A DNA stretch of 64,000 nucleotides, taken from the NCBI GenBank assembly GCA_010909165.1, contig VJWM01000019.1, positions 310,001 to 374,000 on the forward strand, read 5' to 3'. Below the pieces are notes generated by a model. That model saw nothing but the letters and a program-made list of their open reading frames with translations. It had not been told where the DNA came from and did not search any database. The DNA comes from Anthoceros angustus. Its lineage: Eukaryota > Plantae > Anthocerotophyta. Shown here piece after piece: positions 22,912 through 35,585 of the stretch. Both the position numbers and the translations under genes were made by a program. Positions within the stretch are counted from its first letter, which is position 1; each line of letters opens with the position of its first letter.

Positions 22912-24963
22912 ATGCGGCAGTCTCTGCGCCGCCACGACTTTGCAAGAATGGATCCTAACCGGGTCGACATTTGTACGCAGCCGGAGCTGCCATGCTGCTC
23001 TTTCCAAGTGAGGGAGTTCCCGAGATCCATCTCTATCAGCTCATGCGTTGTTGCAGGCAGGACCAGGCCGTTGAGAACCGGAATGGATAAGCAACAGGTG
23101 GGTTTCCCCAGGGGACTGTCAAGGTCCCAGAGCGCCATATGCATTCGGGCAGCAGGTCCGTCTGATTCATCTTACTCGGAACGGGAGGAGGTGCGCTGGA
23201 TGCGAGAGGAGCAAAGGTGGTTGCGGGAGGAGCAGAGATGGCTGCGAGAGCAGGCTCGTTGGGACGCAGAACGCAAGGCCTGGGCGGACCAGTCCGCTGC
23301 CCTGAACGACGAGATCACTGCCTTGAAGCAGGAAATACAGTCTTTGCAAGCGGCAGCCAAGGACACATCCCCAAGCAGCTCCACCCTGTCGGATCTCATG
23401 ACGGGCCTGAATAGCCTGCTCAGGTCCCTGCGTGATGCAGAGACAGTGGAAACCCGAAGCTCCTCCACCCAACCCCAGATCTCAAGCAGCTCCTCATCCT
23501 CCAGGAAGCTGGAGTCCATCAGCTTCTCAAAGGCAGTGCCAGTGCCCGTTGTTGCTTCCTACATTACGCCACTGGAAGTGGTGCAGACTGTCCCCCTTCC
23601 AGATGTGGCCGTGTCCTTGCAGTCCGAGTATGTGAAACCGAAGCAGGAGCCGGTGGTGGTCATCAAGAGCAGGGTCCAGGAACCCCCAACTCCCTCTGAA
23701 GCATCCAGCTCCACCAGGCCTGGTCCTTCAGCATCTGTGAAGAAAAGACGCACTCTGAAAGTGGGAACGGAGGGGGATGACGTGAAGGCATTGCAGGTGT
23801 GGCTGGAGCGCCGGGCTCTTTTCTAAGCATGTCCTTGGGTGCGTGCCATTTCGTCTTGGTGTATGTTGGGGTAGTGCGTCCATGTGGAAGCAGGGTTGAG
23901 GCTTGTCTTCATCTCTGCATGAGGGATCAGATTAGACCTGTTTGACGTAAGGAACTTGGTAGTCATGCTCCGCGGCCATTTCATCTGAAGGAATGCACGC
24001 AATTTGCTTCTTCCCAGGAGGCTCTGGCAGCTTTGGGGTTCTACTCAGGAGAGGATGAAATGGAGTACTCAAGTTTTGACAGCGGAACGGAGAGTGCTGT
24101 GAAGACCTGGCAGGTGCGCGGATTACTGGTGTTAAGCTCTTCTCTTCTTGTGACCTTTTGTTTTGCGAGCGTGCGAATCCGTTTGTGATTTCTGGTAGAT
24201 GCAGTCAAGTGTAGGGGCCGCAGAGGACGGAGTGTTGACCCAAGAATTACTGGCACGCTTGTTTGGAGAGAAGCCATCAGCATCAGGATCCACCAAAGCA
24301 GCCGAGAAGAGAGCTGCCGTGCCTAGTGTCCATCGTCAATCTCCTCCGCAGTCACCACCTAAAGTAAAGTCCGTGTAGTTGAAGACAGGAGTTGCTTCAG
24401 GCCATTATTTGGAAGGCGTAACACGGAGGTTTTGTTGGGGTTTCTGCAGGGAACTGCGATCAAGAGCAAGCCAAAAGACGAACCTGCTGCAGGTCCCGAT
24501 CCCAAGATCGACAGATACCCCAGGGAGGAGCGGCGCGTTTATCTGTTGGGAGAGAACAGGTGGGAGGAACCCAGCAGACTTGTGAACAGGAATGGGCGTG
24601 GTTCAGCAGCTGCTGTCAAAGTGGACAGATGCTTTTCCTGCAAGGGAGCGGGTAGCATGATGTGTACCGGTATTGAACATGGCCAACCTTTCCTCAATTC
24701 ATCCTTCCTGTGTCCATGCAAAGACTTTGAGCCTAACCGGGAAGTATCGATTCTTATGCAGAATGCGAGGGCACAGGAGAATTGAATGTGGAGGAGCAGG
24801 TGAGTTTGCACGACAGATATTAGGTGAAGCATCTTGTCGTGGACAATTTTTTGAATGAACTCGCTGCGTTTCTCTTTCGCAGTTTCTGGATTGGGTCGAG
24901 GAAGGTGCCAAGTGCCCCTACTGTGAAGGAAGTGGAACAGTCAAGTGTGACGTTTGTGCCTAA
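22912..24963 (+). CDS. PTAC5: Plastid transcriptionally active 5 (peptidoglycan-binding-like domain plus DnaJ-type zinc finger), multi-exon
   Basis: REEQRWLREEQRWLRE coiled-coil; RRTLKVGTEGDDVKALQ|EAL..LGFYSGEDEMEYSSFDSGTESAVKTWQ; RVYLLGENRWEEPSRL; CFSCKG...C|ECEG.GE..|FLDWVEEGAKCPYCEGSG..KCDVCA*. The start codon is uncertain. Confidence 0.92.
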
Positions 24964-25374
24964 ATCGCAACTTCCACAGGCAGGCTCAACCTGTACAGTA
25001 GATTGGAACCTTCAAACTGACTTGTCTTTCACGAAGAAGAGGGGGGAAGCTTACCATGTGCTCCAGCCTCAAAGACAGGCAAGATTACAACGTAAAGCCG
25101 CATCCATTTTGATTGCAAACGGTCTCCACTGGACACACTGGACCTCACGATCACTTGCACATGTCCCCGATTCCTCCAAATACTGGGATCAAGCTGTGGC
25201 ACACGCAGTGCTCTTACAAGATTTGTCTGCCGTGAGAAAAGGGCCCAAACTCTACAACTGCACAATACATGCTCGCAGTGCACCTGGTAAGGTATTCTTA
25301 AAACCTTCACGCCGGTCGATCGGCATGGCAACCCAAAAGTGCTTGTTCCATGTCCAATACTTGAATGTCTGAAG

Positions 25375-26221
25375 CTATTTGGCCCGAGGGTGAGACGCAA
25401 TGTAGTCGATGGCCTCCCCGACCGACGTGATGTTATCCGCATCGCTGTCGGGGATTTCCAAGGCAAACTCCTCCTCGAATGCCATAACGATCTCGACTGT
25501 GTCTAAGCTATCCAGTCCAAGGTCCTTCTGGAAATTAGACGTTGGAGTCACCTGCACAACAATTAACCACGTTTCTTAATTCACCACACAGAGCCTCAAC
25601 CAACTCTACAATTAACCACATTTCTTAATCCACCACACAGTGCCTCAACCAACTCTACCAGCTAGCTGGAATCAGCTCAAGTGGCACCGAAACTCGGAAG
25701 CACCATACCACAGGACAACCACCAAAACAAACCGCTTGCTCCTACGAACAATGAGTCAACAAACCAAGCCTACCACAACACAATGCACAGACAAATCATC
25801 AAGAAGAGCAAGAACTACGAACACCACGTCAGCGAAGAAATGCAGCTAAGCAGGCAAACGGCGCAATGAGCAAACGATCAAGGGGATTAATCCGCTTACA
25901 ATCCAAAACCTCAATTTCGCTCAGGATAAGATTACCCGATCGACCCGAAGGCCAGACCCGAGGCAGCGGAGGCAGGAGTCAATCCATCCGGCACAGGCAG
26001 GGTGCAGCGGAACAAACCTTGGAAGGATCGACCTTTTGAAAGGTCTTGACGACGTTGAGGATGCGGTCTGTGACTTGGCCCCTGTCCAAGTAGGTAGATC
26101 GGGCATGCGCTTCCTCCGAGAAGTTTCGAAGCCAGCTGGATCCCAGCAGCGTGGGCCTCAGGCTGCTGGCCGTTACCGGCACCCGCAGCCGCCGCACCAA
26201 AGCCCCTCGCAGCGCCTGCAT
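25375..26221 (-). CDS. mtACP: Mitochondrial acyl carrier protein (complex I SDAP/NDUFAB1 type), 2 exons
   Basis: Arg-rich presequence [13 protein letters not shown]...; [22 protein letters not shown]|VTP...[21 protein letters not shown] with the phosphopantetheine-site DSL; ends ..IASHPRAK*. Confidence 0.95.
25559..25657 (+). repeat. Two ~49-bp tandem units in the mtACP intron
   Basis: caattaaccac(g/a)tttcttaat(t/c)caccacacag(a/t)gcctcaaccaactcta occurs twice. Confidence 0.85.
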
Positions 26222-26748
26222 CCTGACAATCCGCGGACTCTGCGACTGCTCCCGCTGCGTCCGCTGATCGAGCACGCAAACCCTCACAGTCCCGCTCCCT
26301 TCCAGTCAAGTACCTTGAACGTGGTTTAGGGCAACCTTTGAATGAAAGCACACCTACATAGATGGATGCACCCTAAAGCCAGCTCCAGTTGAATCGGGCT
26401 TGACGCCTGAAAATACGGTGGATCTGCATCTTGCGCGGAATCTCTCGGCACCTGCGTCGGTTGCTTGTTCAGCGCTCGATCGGGATCTCGCCGGTCTGCG
26501 CTCAGCTGCCTTTAAAATCCTTGCTTCAGGTCGGCAGTCGTGAACATCCACCACTGCGGAGGATTTTCGACAGTGCGCGAGTTTTGCTGCCTGTTGTTGT
26601 GGAAGCCCATGTTCATTTGCAAACAAATTAGATCTCTTTTTCTTTGGTTCGCTTTGTTTCAATGATCCTGCTTTCATGGGTGTAGATGGTGACCGGCATG
26701 TCGTGTGCTCACAGATGCCGTTTCTTTGGTGGTGTCCAGGCCTGAGGG

Positions 26749-28463
26749 ATGGAGATTGACGGTGACGAGCCCCTGGAGTCGGTGGTTTCCGAGCTTCAGA
26801 GGAAGATGAACAAGAAGGACTCTTTTGCAGAAGCTGTCGCTGCCCTTACAGCGATTGTGCGGGACAAGTACCCTTCAGCTTCCACATTCGAAAGGATTAC
26901 TGTGGGTATCGATCGTTCCTGCATACCGGGATTCGTCTAGTTAGGGTTTGGAGAGTTTTTTGATTCTCGTCCTGCTGGGTGTGATACCTCGCTCTAACGT
27001 GGTAGAGGACTGCATTTCGGCTTGGTGTTCGTTTGTGGTTGGCCTGACTGAAGATGGAACCGCTGGCAGATATATTCAGCTGTATGCCGAGCCGGAAAAC
27101 TGCTCCAGACGCGGTACACTGCTCGAGGGTTGTGGGTTTTGGGACTGGAGCTGTTCAATGAAGCTCTTCAGGTGGTTGTCCGGCCTGACGAGAAGAAAGA
27201 GATCCGTGCGTTCATAACGAAGACCCAAAATTTCCTTGGGGAGGAAGAAACGAGGCAGGAGGTACCCGCCCAGCAGCGGGCCGGAACAAGTGTGTTGCAG
27301 AGTCCACTTTCCTTATTTCCGCTGAAATATTGTTGCCTGATTTAAAGTATTGCTCCTGCTGCGTCTTACAATGGTATGTTGATATTGCAGGTGGTGGGTT
27401 TCTTTTTAGTGGTCAGTTGACTTCGGAGTTGCCTCCTCCTCCCCGCTGGCTTATGGCTCAGAATGAATTTGTACGCCTTGTGAGTGAAAGAGCACAAAGT
27501 GAAGCTGATAGAGCAGGTGAAGGGGCAGAGGCAGGGTCAGGGGCAGGGGCAGGGGCTGGGGCAGAGCAGATTCCTTTGGACGAGCTCAGAGAGTTGCTTC
27601 ACAGAGTGGAAGATCACCTTGGAGACGAGCAGTTAGAAGCAGCCATTGCAGCCACGCTGCAGGTGAGTTTTTACTTGGAAGCTCAGTGATTCACAGTGAT
27701 CTGCTTGCTGCTGGCCAAACTGCGTGTGCTCCAACTTGTGATCATCCTGAGACAGCCATGAAAGTTTGCGGTGGAGCTCCTCTGCGTCTTGTTTTTCTAT
27801 CAGATTGTCCCGGCCCTGAGGATTAAAACCTTTTTTCTTTAGAGGCTACACAGCCATGAAAGTTAAAATTCAGAAATTTGAAATGAAGGGCCAGGTCACT
27901 TGTAGGAATTCTCTCTACTCTAAAATCTGACACATGGAAGCCCATGAAGCTCGTCTCACGCAGTTCCCTCGTCCGGTCGGTGTGCAGGAAGCAGGAAACG
28001 CACCCCGGGGGCCACCCCCAGCGTCAAAGGAGGAAGTAGCAAAGCTGCCCGTTGTCCCAGTCACAGAAGAACTCTTGAACCAGCTGGGAGACGGAACCGT
28101 GTGCGCAGTCTGCAGGGATCTGCTGGCAAGCGGGGACTCAATGCAGGAGATGCCCTGCAAGCATGTTTTCCATCCTCCCTGCCTCAAGCCGTGGCTGGTA
28201 AGGCTTGTCAGACCCTGCCAAGGACGTCCGGCCTGGCCTGCCGTCGTACTATTTTCTGACTGTCCCCGAAAGGAATTCCGTTCACCGTTCCTCCATCTGG
28301 ACTGTCTTTGCAGGACGAACACAACTCATGCCCCGTATGCAGATTCGAACTGCGGACTGACGACTACGAATACGAGACCAAGAAAGAGAGGGAGAGGGAA
28401 GAGGCGATAGAGCGGAAAGGGGTGGAAAACGCCCTCCGCGGAGGAGAGTTCATGTATATATAA
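26749..28463 (+). CDS. AIP2: RING-H2 E3 ligase, AIP2-like, copy 1
   Basis: ELQRKMNKK..F..AV...RDKYPSAS; LLQTRYTARGLW..GLELF; FLFSGQLT..PPPPRWL; RGPPPASKEEVAKLPV; CAVCRDLL...MPCKHVFHPPCLKPWL|DEHNSCPVCRFELRTDD; ends GGEFMYI*. Confidence 0.9.
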
Positions 28464-28944
28464 TTCATTTGTCACTCCACCTCTCACCCCATTGTACATA
28501 CACAGCGGGTTGGTGTGCTTCATGCCTCTTGCGGTTCTTCCTCCAGTGCAAGAACGGCAAGGAAGGAAGAAGGATTAAAGGAAGCCAGCACGCTGTCCAC
28601 GGCCAACGCCAAGCAAGGTGGCTCTCCTGCCGCGTGCCTCGTGCCATGCCCTATGGCTGATTCCCGTCTTATTAACTCCCTACGTGATTTGTATACGCAC
28701 ATTGGTGTCTGTTATGACCATGTTTCCTCTACCGGTAGCGACCATGTCGGCTCCTGACAGGTGCAGTACCTCATCAACGTGGTACAACCTGGTGAAGATG
28801 GCCCCGGCCCCCATTGGCCAACCTCAGGGTCCGGCTGTTACCAATGTCATACGATAATTTACAGCATAGTTATAATTATATTGTGAAGTTTACATCCATA
28901 ATTTGTTAATATTTTTAACTTTATTAAATTATATATATTATAAA

Positions 28945-29045
28945 AAACCCCTATATTATTAAAACCTAAATTTACAGTGAAAACACCTTAATTATTAAAC
29001 CCTAAATTTATAGTGAAAATTTATTAAACCCTGAATTTATAATGA
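28945..29045 (+). repeat. AT-rich degenerate repeat containing aaaccct units, in the spacer between the AIP2 copies
   Basis: About three copies of attaaa(c)cct(a/g)aattta(c/t)agtgaaaa. Confidence 0.55.
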
Positions 29046-29756
29046 TAATAATAAAAATTAGATAAGTTTTAAGCTAGGTTTTTCTCTCCTATGCATTTAT
29101 AGCTGATGCTCACTAGTTATAGAGTATGTGGTAAGCCAACTAGAATCTTGATTAAAAATATTCGAGTTGAACAAAGACTTATACCAATAGTACTCATCTT
29201 ACATCTTATAAGTTCATTAGAATTGTACAGCTAAGTGTCCTTTGGATGTATCCCTAAGGTGTCACCCATCTTCTTCTCCATAGCCCTACGAAGACCTTAT
29301 CATAAAAGCCCTATGGTAGCTGTGAGGGTCTGCATCCTTCGCCCTTCTGCCATGTTAGGCTCCTATATGCACTACCTATATACAAATGCACTAAAACTAC
29401 TAACGTCTAGAGGAAATGGATGCCTAAGGCACACCATGGTGCAAGTTGTTAAGTACCAAGTCCCACGATAGGGTAATTCCACCGAAGTGGACCATAATAG
29501 GGTTCCACCCCACAATGATCGTTCATTCTGGGGTTAACGACGGCCCTGAAAGTGTGGGTCTGACAACCCTACAGTGCGTGCTTACATGGTGCCGGCACAT
29601 CTCACCTGAGCGCGGGCGGCGGGGTACTCGCAAGTTTTACTGCCTGGTGTTGTGAAAGCTCATGGCCCATGCGCTAGACATTAGATCCCTTTCTCCTGTG
29701 GTTCACTTGATTGAGTACACAGATGCCATGTCTTTAGTGATGTCCAGGCCTGAGGG

Positions 29757-31508
29757 ATGGAGATTGATAGTGATGAGCCCCTGGAGTGTGTGGTTTCGGA
29801 GCTTCAGGGGAAGATGAACGAGGAGGACTCCTTTGCAGAAGCTGTCGCTGCCCTTACAGCGATTGTGCGGGACAAGTACCCTTCGGCTTCCACATTTGAA
29901 CAGATCACTGTGCGTATCGTTCGTTCCTGCATTCCGGGATTTGACTAGTTGGGGTTTGGAGAGACTTGTGTTTTTCATCATGCTACATGTGATACCTTTC
30001 TCCAACGGGGTAGTGGACGGCTTGGTGTTCTGTTTGTGGTTGGCCTGACTGAACGAAGGTGGGATTGTTGGCAGATATATTCTGCTGTATGCAAAGCCGC
30101 AGAACTGCTCCAGACGCAGTACAGTGCCCGAGGGTTGTGGGCTTTGGGACTAGAGCTGTTCAATGAAGCACTTCAGGTGGTTGTCCGGCCGGACGAGAAG
30201 AATGAGATCGGCGCGTTCATAACGAAGACCCAAGATTTCCTTGGAGAGGAAGAAAGCAGGCAGGATGTACCTGCGGAGGAGCAGGCCGGAACAAGTGTGT
30301 TGCACTGTGCACTATCCTTATTTCCGCTGAGTTTTTCTGATCTGGAGTATTTGTCGCTGCTGGGTCTCACACTACCTATGCTGGGTCTCACACTACCTAT
30401 GCCGATAGTGCAGGTAGGGTGTTTCTCTACAGAGGCCAGTTGACTCCTGAGGAGCTGCCAACTCCTCCCCCCTGGTTGTGGACTCACATTGCCGACCTCA
30501 GGGAGGCATTTCGGAGAGTGGAAGAGCAGACTGGACAGACTCACCTGGAAGCAGCCATCACAGGCGCATGGGAGGTGAGTTTCTTCTTGGGATCATAGTG
30601 ATGCAGAGTGATATGCTTGCTGCTGGTCAAGCTGAGGGAGCAGGTGAAGGGTCCGGGGCAGCGCAGATTGACGAGCTCAGAGTGTCATTGCAGAGAATGG
30701 AAGAGCAGCTTGGAGCAGCTATTGCAGCAACGTTACAGGTGAGTCCTTACTTGGGAATACTACGACTCACAGTGATGTGCTTGCTGCTGGTCAATATACA
30801 TGTGCACGATTATGTGACTTTCTTAGGACAGCGCTAAAGTCTGTGGTGGAGTGCCTCTGCGTCTGGTCTTTTATCAGATTGTCACAGCCCTGAGGACTAG
30901 AACTTTTTTCTTCACAGGCTACAAAGCCATGGAAGTTAAAATGCAGAAATGTGAAATGAATGGTCCGGTCACTTCGTTTGCTCATCGACTCCAGGGTCTC
31001 ACACACGAAAGACCGTCGCAGCTCGTCTAACGCAGTTCCCTCGTCCGGTGGATGTGCAGGAAGCAGATAACGCACCCCATGGACCACCTCCAGCTTCAGT
31101 GGAGGAGGTATCAAAGCTGCCTGTGGTTCCAGTCACAGAAGAACTCTTGAGACAGCTGGGAGACAGCCCCGTGTGCGCAGTCTGCAGGGAGGTGCTGGCG
31201 AGCGGGGACTCAATGCAGGAGATGCCCTGCAAGCATATTTTCCATCCTCCCTGCCTCAAGCTGTGGCTGGTGAGACTTGTCAGCCGATGCTCCATACTTT
31301 CGGCCTGCCCTGCCATGCTCTGCGTCGTACCCGTTCTCTGACTGTCCCAAACGAAATTACGTTCACCCTCTCCCCATCTGGACTGTCTGTGCAGGACCAA
31401 CACAACTCATGCCCCGTATGCAGATACGAACTGCGGACTGACGACCCTGAATACGAGACCAAGAAAGAGAGGGAGAGGCAAGAGGCGATAGACCGGAGTG
31501 GGGTGTGA
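29757..31508 (+). CDS. AIP2: RING-H2 E3 ligase, AIP2-like, copy 2 (diverged tandem paralog)
   Basis: Same exon series as copy 1 with an intact RING-H2 (CAVC..CKH.FH..C..W|..CPVC). An in-frame TGA at 31506-31508 removes the ENALRGGEFMYI tail. Confidence 0.8.
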
Positions 31509-33047
31509 AACGCTCTCCGCGGAGTAGAGTTCATGTACATATAATCCGTCAAGTCAGTCCAACGCCCACCACATTGTCCATACACTGCCGGTTGGTGTGC
31601 TTCGTGCTTCTTGCGGTTCTTCCTCCGCGCAAGAACGGCAGGGAGAGAAGAACTCCCAACGGAAGCTTGTAGATATTCTAGGGTTGCAAAGCAAAGCAAA
31701 GCAGGGCTCTCCAATCACGTGCCCCTGGCTGTACCCCTGAGATGCTTGCATTGGCCGTCTTACGCCCTACGTGACGGACATATGTCGTGACATGTTTCCC
31801 CTTGCTGGTAACGACCATGTAGGCCCCTGGCAGGTGCGGTAGTACCTCATAAGCGGGGTGCCAACGGGGTGGAGGTGGCCCCGGCCTCCATCGCCCCAAG
31901 CTCCCTACCCGTGAAAGGCGCCTCCAGCACGGTGGCCGCAAGGGTAACATAATGCGCCTGCCTTTACCCCCGGCCTGCGCCAGTACCGATGCCGACGCTC
32001 CCATCCTTGCTGTTGACTGCTTTTACAGCCACCGCTGGCCGGTCAGTTGGACACGAAGGAGATAGGCTCCAGCCTCCGCTTCAGGACACGCAACGGCCAA
32101 TGGACTGGTCGCTCCCTGGCCCTCGCCGAGGTCGGGCCTGGCCTGGCCTGGCCTGGCCTGCGATTCATCGGGCGCGTTTGAATCCATGTCGCCTGCCTCG
32201 GACTCCGATCATGCGACTATCTACCATGTTCTGACACCCTCCTCGGCTCATCCACACGCAAGCGGGCAGCAACCAGCAACCCTGGCCCGGCAGCGGCACC
32301 GGCGGAGGACAGGCTGCTGCGTCGAACCCTAATCTCCTGATCCAGGAGGGAGGGAGGGAGCGAGGGAGCGGGCCGCTGGAGCTCGGAGGACGCGCCACGC
32401 ATCTCGATGAGCCTGCAGGCGCGATTCGCCCGCCGCTGCAGCGAATGGGACCGACGCGTGAGGTCCACACGACCTCCCGGCTCCATGTATGGTGATGGAG
32501 GCCGTGAAGCAACGGAGCTGGCTTGGGCTTGGGGTTACAACGTGCATATGGAATGTATGTACATACATACATCGAGTGCCTCCGGGAAGCGTGGGCCCCA
32601 CCCTAAAATTCCGACATGCGCCGTCGCCGTTCACACTTGCTATCTGCCGGGAGGTGAGCCTACTGTATGTATGTATGCACAAGTGTGTGGCCACGTGATT
32701 CGCATCGCGGGCTCGCCTCGCCCCCGGATTGCATGCAGCATAAACCAGTGTCCATCATCGTTTCGTTAAACTTACGACGTTGGTACCGAAGTTGTCATCA
32801 TAGATCGGGTCTGTCCACCGCCCCCCCTTGATTTCTGCACCATCGTCCATGTTCAATCTGCGCATCCTCATATACCAACATGATTTCACATAACTTTACT
32901 GCATCCCAATTCGTAATAAGTTTTGTTACATCCCTCGTATAGCAGAAGCCATTCGGGCCCGGAGGTCGTGGCTCTTGGCTTCCACCCAAGTTGTGAAGGA
33001 TAATTTGTTTTTTTTGAGGGCGAGTGCGAGTGCCCTGTATGACCTAA

Positions 33048-33128
33048 TGTCAAGAAAGGGGTTTGAACCCACATCAACTTTTGAAAGAGCACGTAAAAGG
33101 TGCCTTACACCAACTCGGCCATCTTGAC
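33048..33128 (-). pseudogene. tRNA-Leu-derived pseudogene or short SINE-like element
   Basis: The minus strand reads GTCAAGATGGCCGAGTTGGTGTAAGGCACC...GTGGGTTCAAACCCCTTTCTTGACA. The acceptor-stem ends and A/B boxes match plant tRNA-Leu, but the anticodon and variable arms are degenerate. Confidence 0.75.
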
Positions 33129-33178
33129 TTACAACATACTTGTGACAAAGAGTGTGGTTCTTTTGACAGAAAGAGCCT

Positions 33179-33289
33179 AATTCTCTTAAAATTATATATT
33201 ATGAAATTATAAATTAAGCTATTTTAACGGGGAACTCTCTTAAAATTATATATTATGAAATTATGAATCAAGCTAGTTTAACGGGGAAC
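33179..33289 (+). repeat. Two ~53-bp AT-rich tandem units
   Basis: tctcttaaaattatatattatgaaattat..at.aagcta.tttaacggggaac occurs twice. Confidence 0.85.
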
Positions 33290-34359
33290 GAAGACTTCAT
33301 AATTATGCAAAGATGGGAAGTCTGGTCTGCACGGGACAATGGGGAAGGAGATTTGATTTCCAAGTTTTGATTTCTATGTGCGTAATTTGATGGGTTGATT
33401 TCATGTTACCGATCCTATTTTTATCATCTAATATAATTTATAGAGAACTTATTAAGGTGATTAATTTTTGTTCTTGGCTTACTATTCTAGATAATAGTAC
33501 TTTAAAATAATGAAGTATGAATATTATATGGTCTGCCATCTTCGGAGCTACCTTTGGCAAGAGCTAGAATTATTGATTATTGTGGAGGAGAATAATGGGG
33601 GATATGTGGCTTGTCGGGCAAGACATGGTCGTGGATTCGGGCATGTAAGGTAGGGAATGGGGGTGCGAGTGGAGTGTAACTAACTGGTAGAGCTTTGCGG
33701 GAGCAGCAGAAGCGGCGCTTGAAGCCGGCAGCGTCCATTGGTTCCACATGACGTTAGGTAGGGGCCGAGCGTGCAGAGCGCAGACGCGGTGGCGGGCGGC
33801 GAGCGGCGAGCGGTGAGCGGTGGCCGGTCGATCGCGCGGCTTTGCGTGGGGCCCACGGCGTCACCCCTGGCCGGGCCGGGCCGGGCCGGGGGCTGGGGGC
33901 CACGGGACCAGAGCTCGGCGGCCGGGTCGTGCCGTGGGTCCCCGGGGCAGCGCGTCGCATCTCACACTCGGGGCCGGATAGACAAGGATATCCCTGGCCA
34001 CGTGGGGCCACGGAAACTGGCGCGCCCGGGCCCCGGGGCCCTGGGCCCTGGGCCCTGGACCCCCGGTTTCACTCGCGCCATTAGCCGTAACTGTATCTCG
34101 TAACTGTATTTACTCTCCCAGGCTCCCAGGCTGAAAGGCAGCCCTGACCGGGTGGGTTCGACTTGGACCTCACCTCGCCTTGTGACCTGACGTGACCCGA
34201 CTCGCTCCCTCGCTCACATAGCATTGATGAGGCCTCGGGGCATGATGACGCATCATGGCCCAAAGCGACCCATCCACGCGTGTTAGCGACGTGTCAGGGG
34301 GGCTTGCCATTTTTCCTGCTTTTAGGGCGCCGCTAATACGACACATGGGGTGGCATGCC

Positions 34360-34361
34360 CG

Positions 34362-34397
<36 letters not shown>

Positions 34398-35585
34398 CCC
34401 CGGGTGGTGGGTGAAGCAGAAAGAAAGGGTACTGGCTGGTAGTAGGGTTGCCCCCGCCCGGCACCCCAAGTACGCCAGGTCCCTCCAGACCGGACGACGA
34501 CGGACGGGCCGGCCCGGGCCGAGAGAGCCCCAGGCCCAGGCCCAGGCCCAGGCCCAGGCCAGGCCGGTCATGAGAAGGCTGCAGGCCGCGTGTGTGTTGC
34601 GAGTAGCGACTGCCGCGCCGGCGCTGCCCTAAGCTAAGGGGTTCTAGGCTAGGCGCCAGCCTCGGGGGTCCGGCCCGGCCTAACCTTTTGGAGGCATTCG
34701 GCCACGCACACACACACACACACACACATACACTCGCACACATACAGAGGCACATACTCTCCTCCTCTTCCTCTCTTCCCTTGCCTTCCCTTCCCTGCCT
34801 CCTCTTCCCTTCCCTCCCTTTCCCCTCCGCCTGCCTTTCCCTTCCCGGTCCGCACGACGCTCGCGCTGCCGGAGGGAGAGAGGGCGCCGGATTGCGTCCC
34901 CGCGTGCCCGCTGGGGCCGGCCTCGAGCAATTGCGGAACCGGAAGCAGGCGAGCCATTGGCGAGCGCAAGCGTGGGCCGCACGCGGAAGCGGGAAGAAGC
35001 AGAAGCAGAAGCGGGAAGCGGGAAGCGGGAAGAAGAGGAGGTGAGGTAGCTGGCGTCCATGATCGCTGCCGGGGCGGGGACCGCGCTGCCATGGTGCTGG
35101 CCGGGCTGCGGGCCGGGGCGGTGGATGACCGCCGCGCCATCGCTGCCGCCACAGCGCACGCAGCACCGGCACCAGCGGCAGCGGCAGCGGGAGGCGCAGA
35201 CGGCGCTGCCGTTCCGTGCCGGATTCCTTGCAATTTGCGCCGCCGAGGTACGCCGATTGCCGCGCCCGAGCTCCGCCCCCTCTGCAATTGCCCGCAGGGG
35301 GAACAGCTGCCGATTACGCATTCCTTCCCTGCCTTTTTCCTGGCCCGTCTTTTGCGCTCTAGGTAAATTTGTTTCTTTGCTCTTGCGCTGGCTGTGCAGA
35401 GTGTTTGGAGTAGAGCGGGGAGTGGAGTGGAGTGAGTGCAGGGGAGAGGAGAGGAAAGGAGTGGAGTAAAGAGGAGTGGAGTGGAGTGGAGTAGAGCGGA
35501 GCGGAGCGGCGAGGAGAGGAGAGGAGAGAGGAGGAGAGAGGAGAGGAGAGGAGAGGAGAGGAGGAGAGAGGAGGAGGGGAGGGGA
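34360..35585. repeat. Microsatellite-rich GC island upstream of the next gene
   Basis: (GCCCAT)n at ~34361-34396; (GCCCAG)n at ~34527-34563; (CA)n at ~34706-34730; (GAAGCR)n at ~34985-35030; (GGAGT/GGAGA)n at ~35420-35585. Confidence 0.9.

Noticed and set aside
19045-26221. Two complex I subunits (NDUFA5, mtACP) within about 7 kb as a possible functional cluster
   Set aside because: They are separated by unrelated genes, and chance adjacency is plausible in a gene-dense genome.
28850-29230. AAACCCT-containing tract as an interstitial telomere
   Set aside because: These are isolated heptamers embedded in longer AT-rich units, not tandem TTTAGGG repeats.
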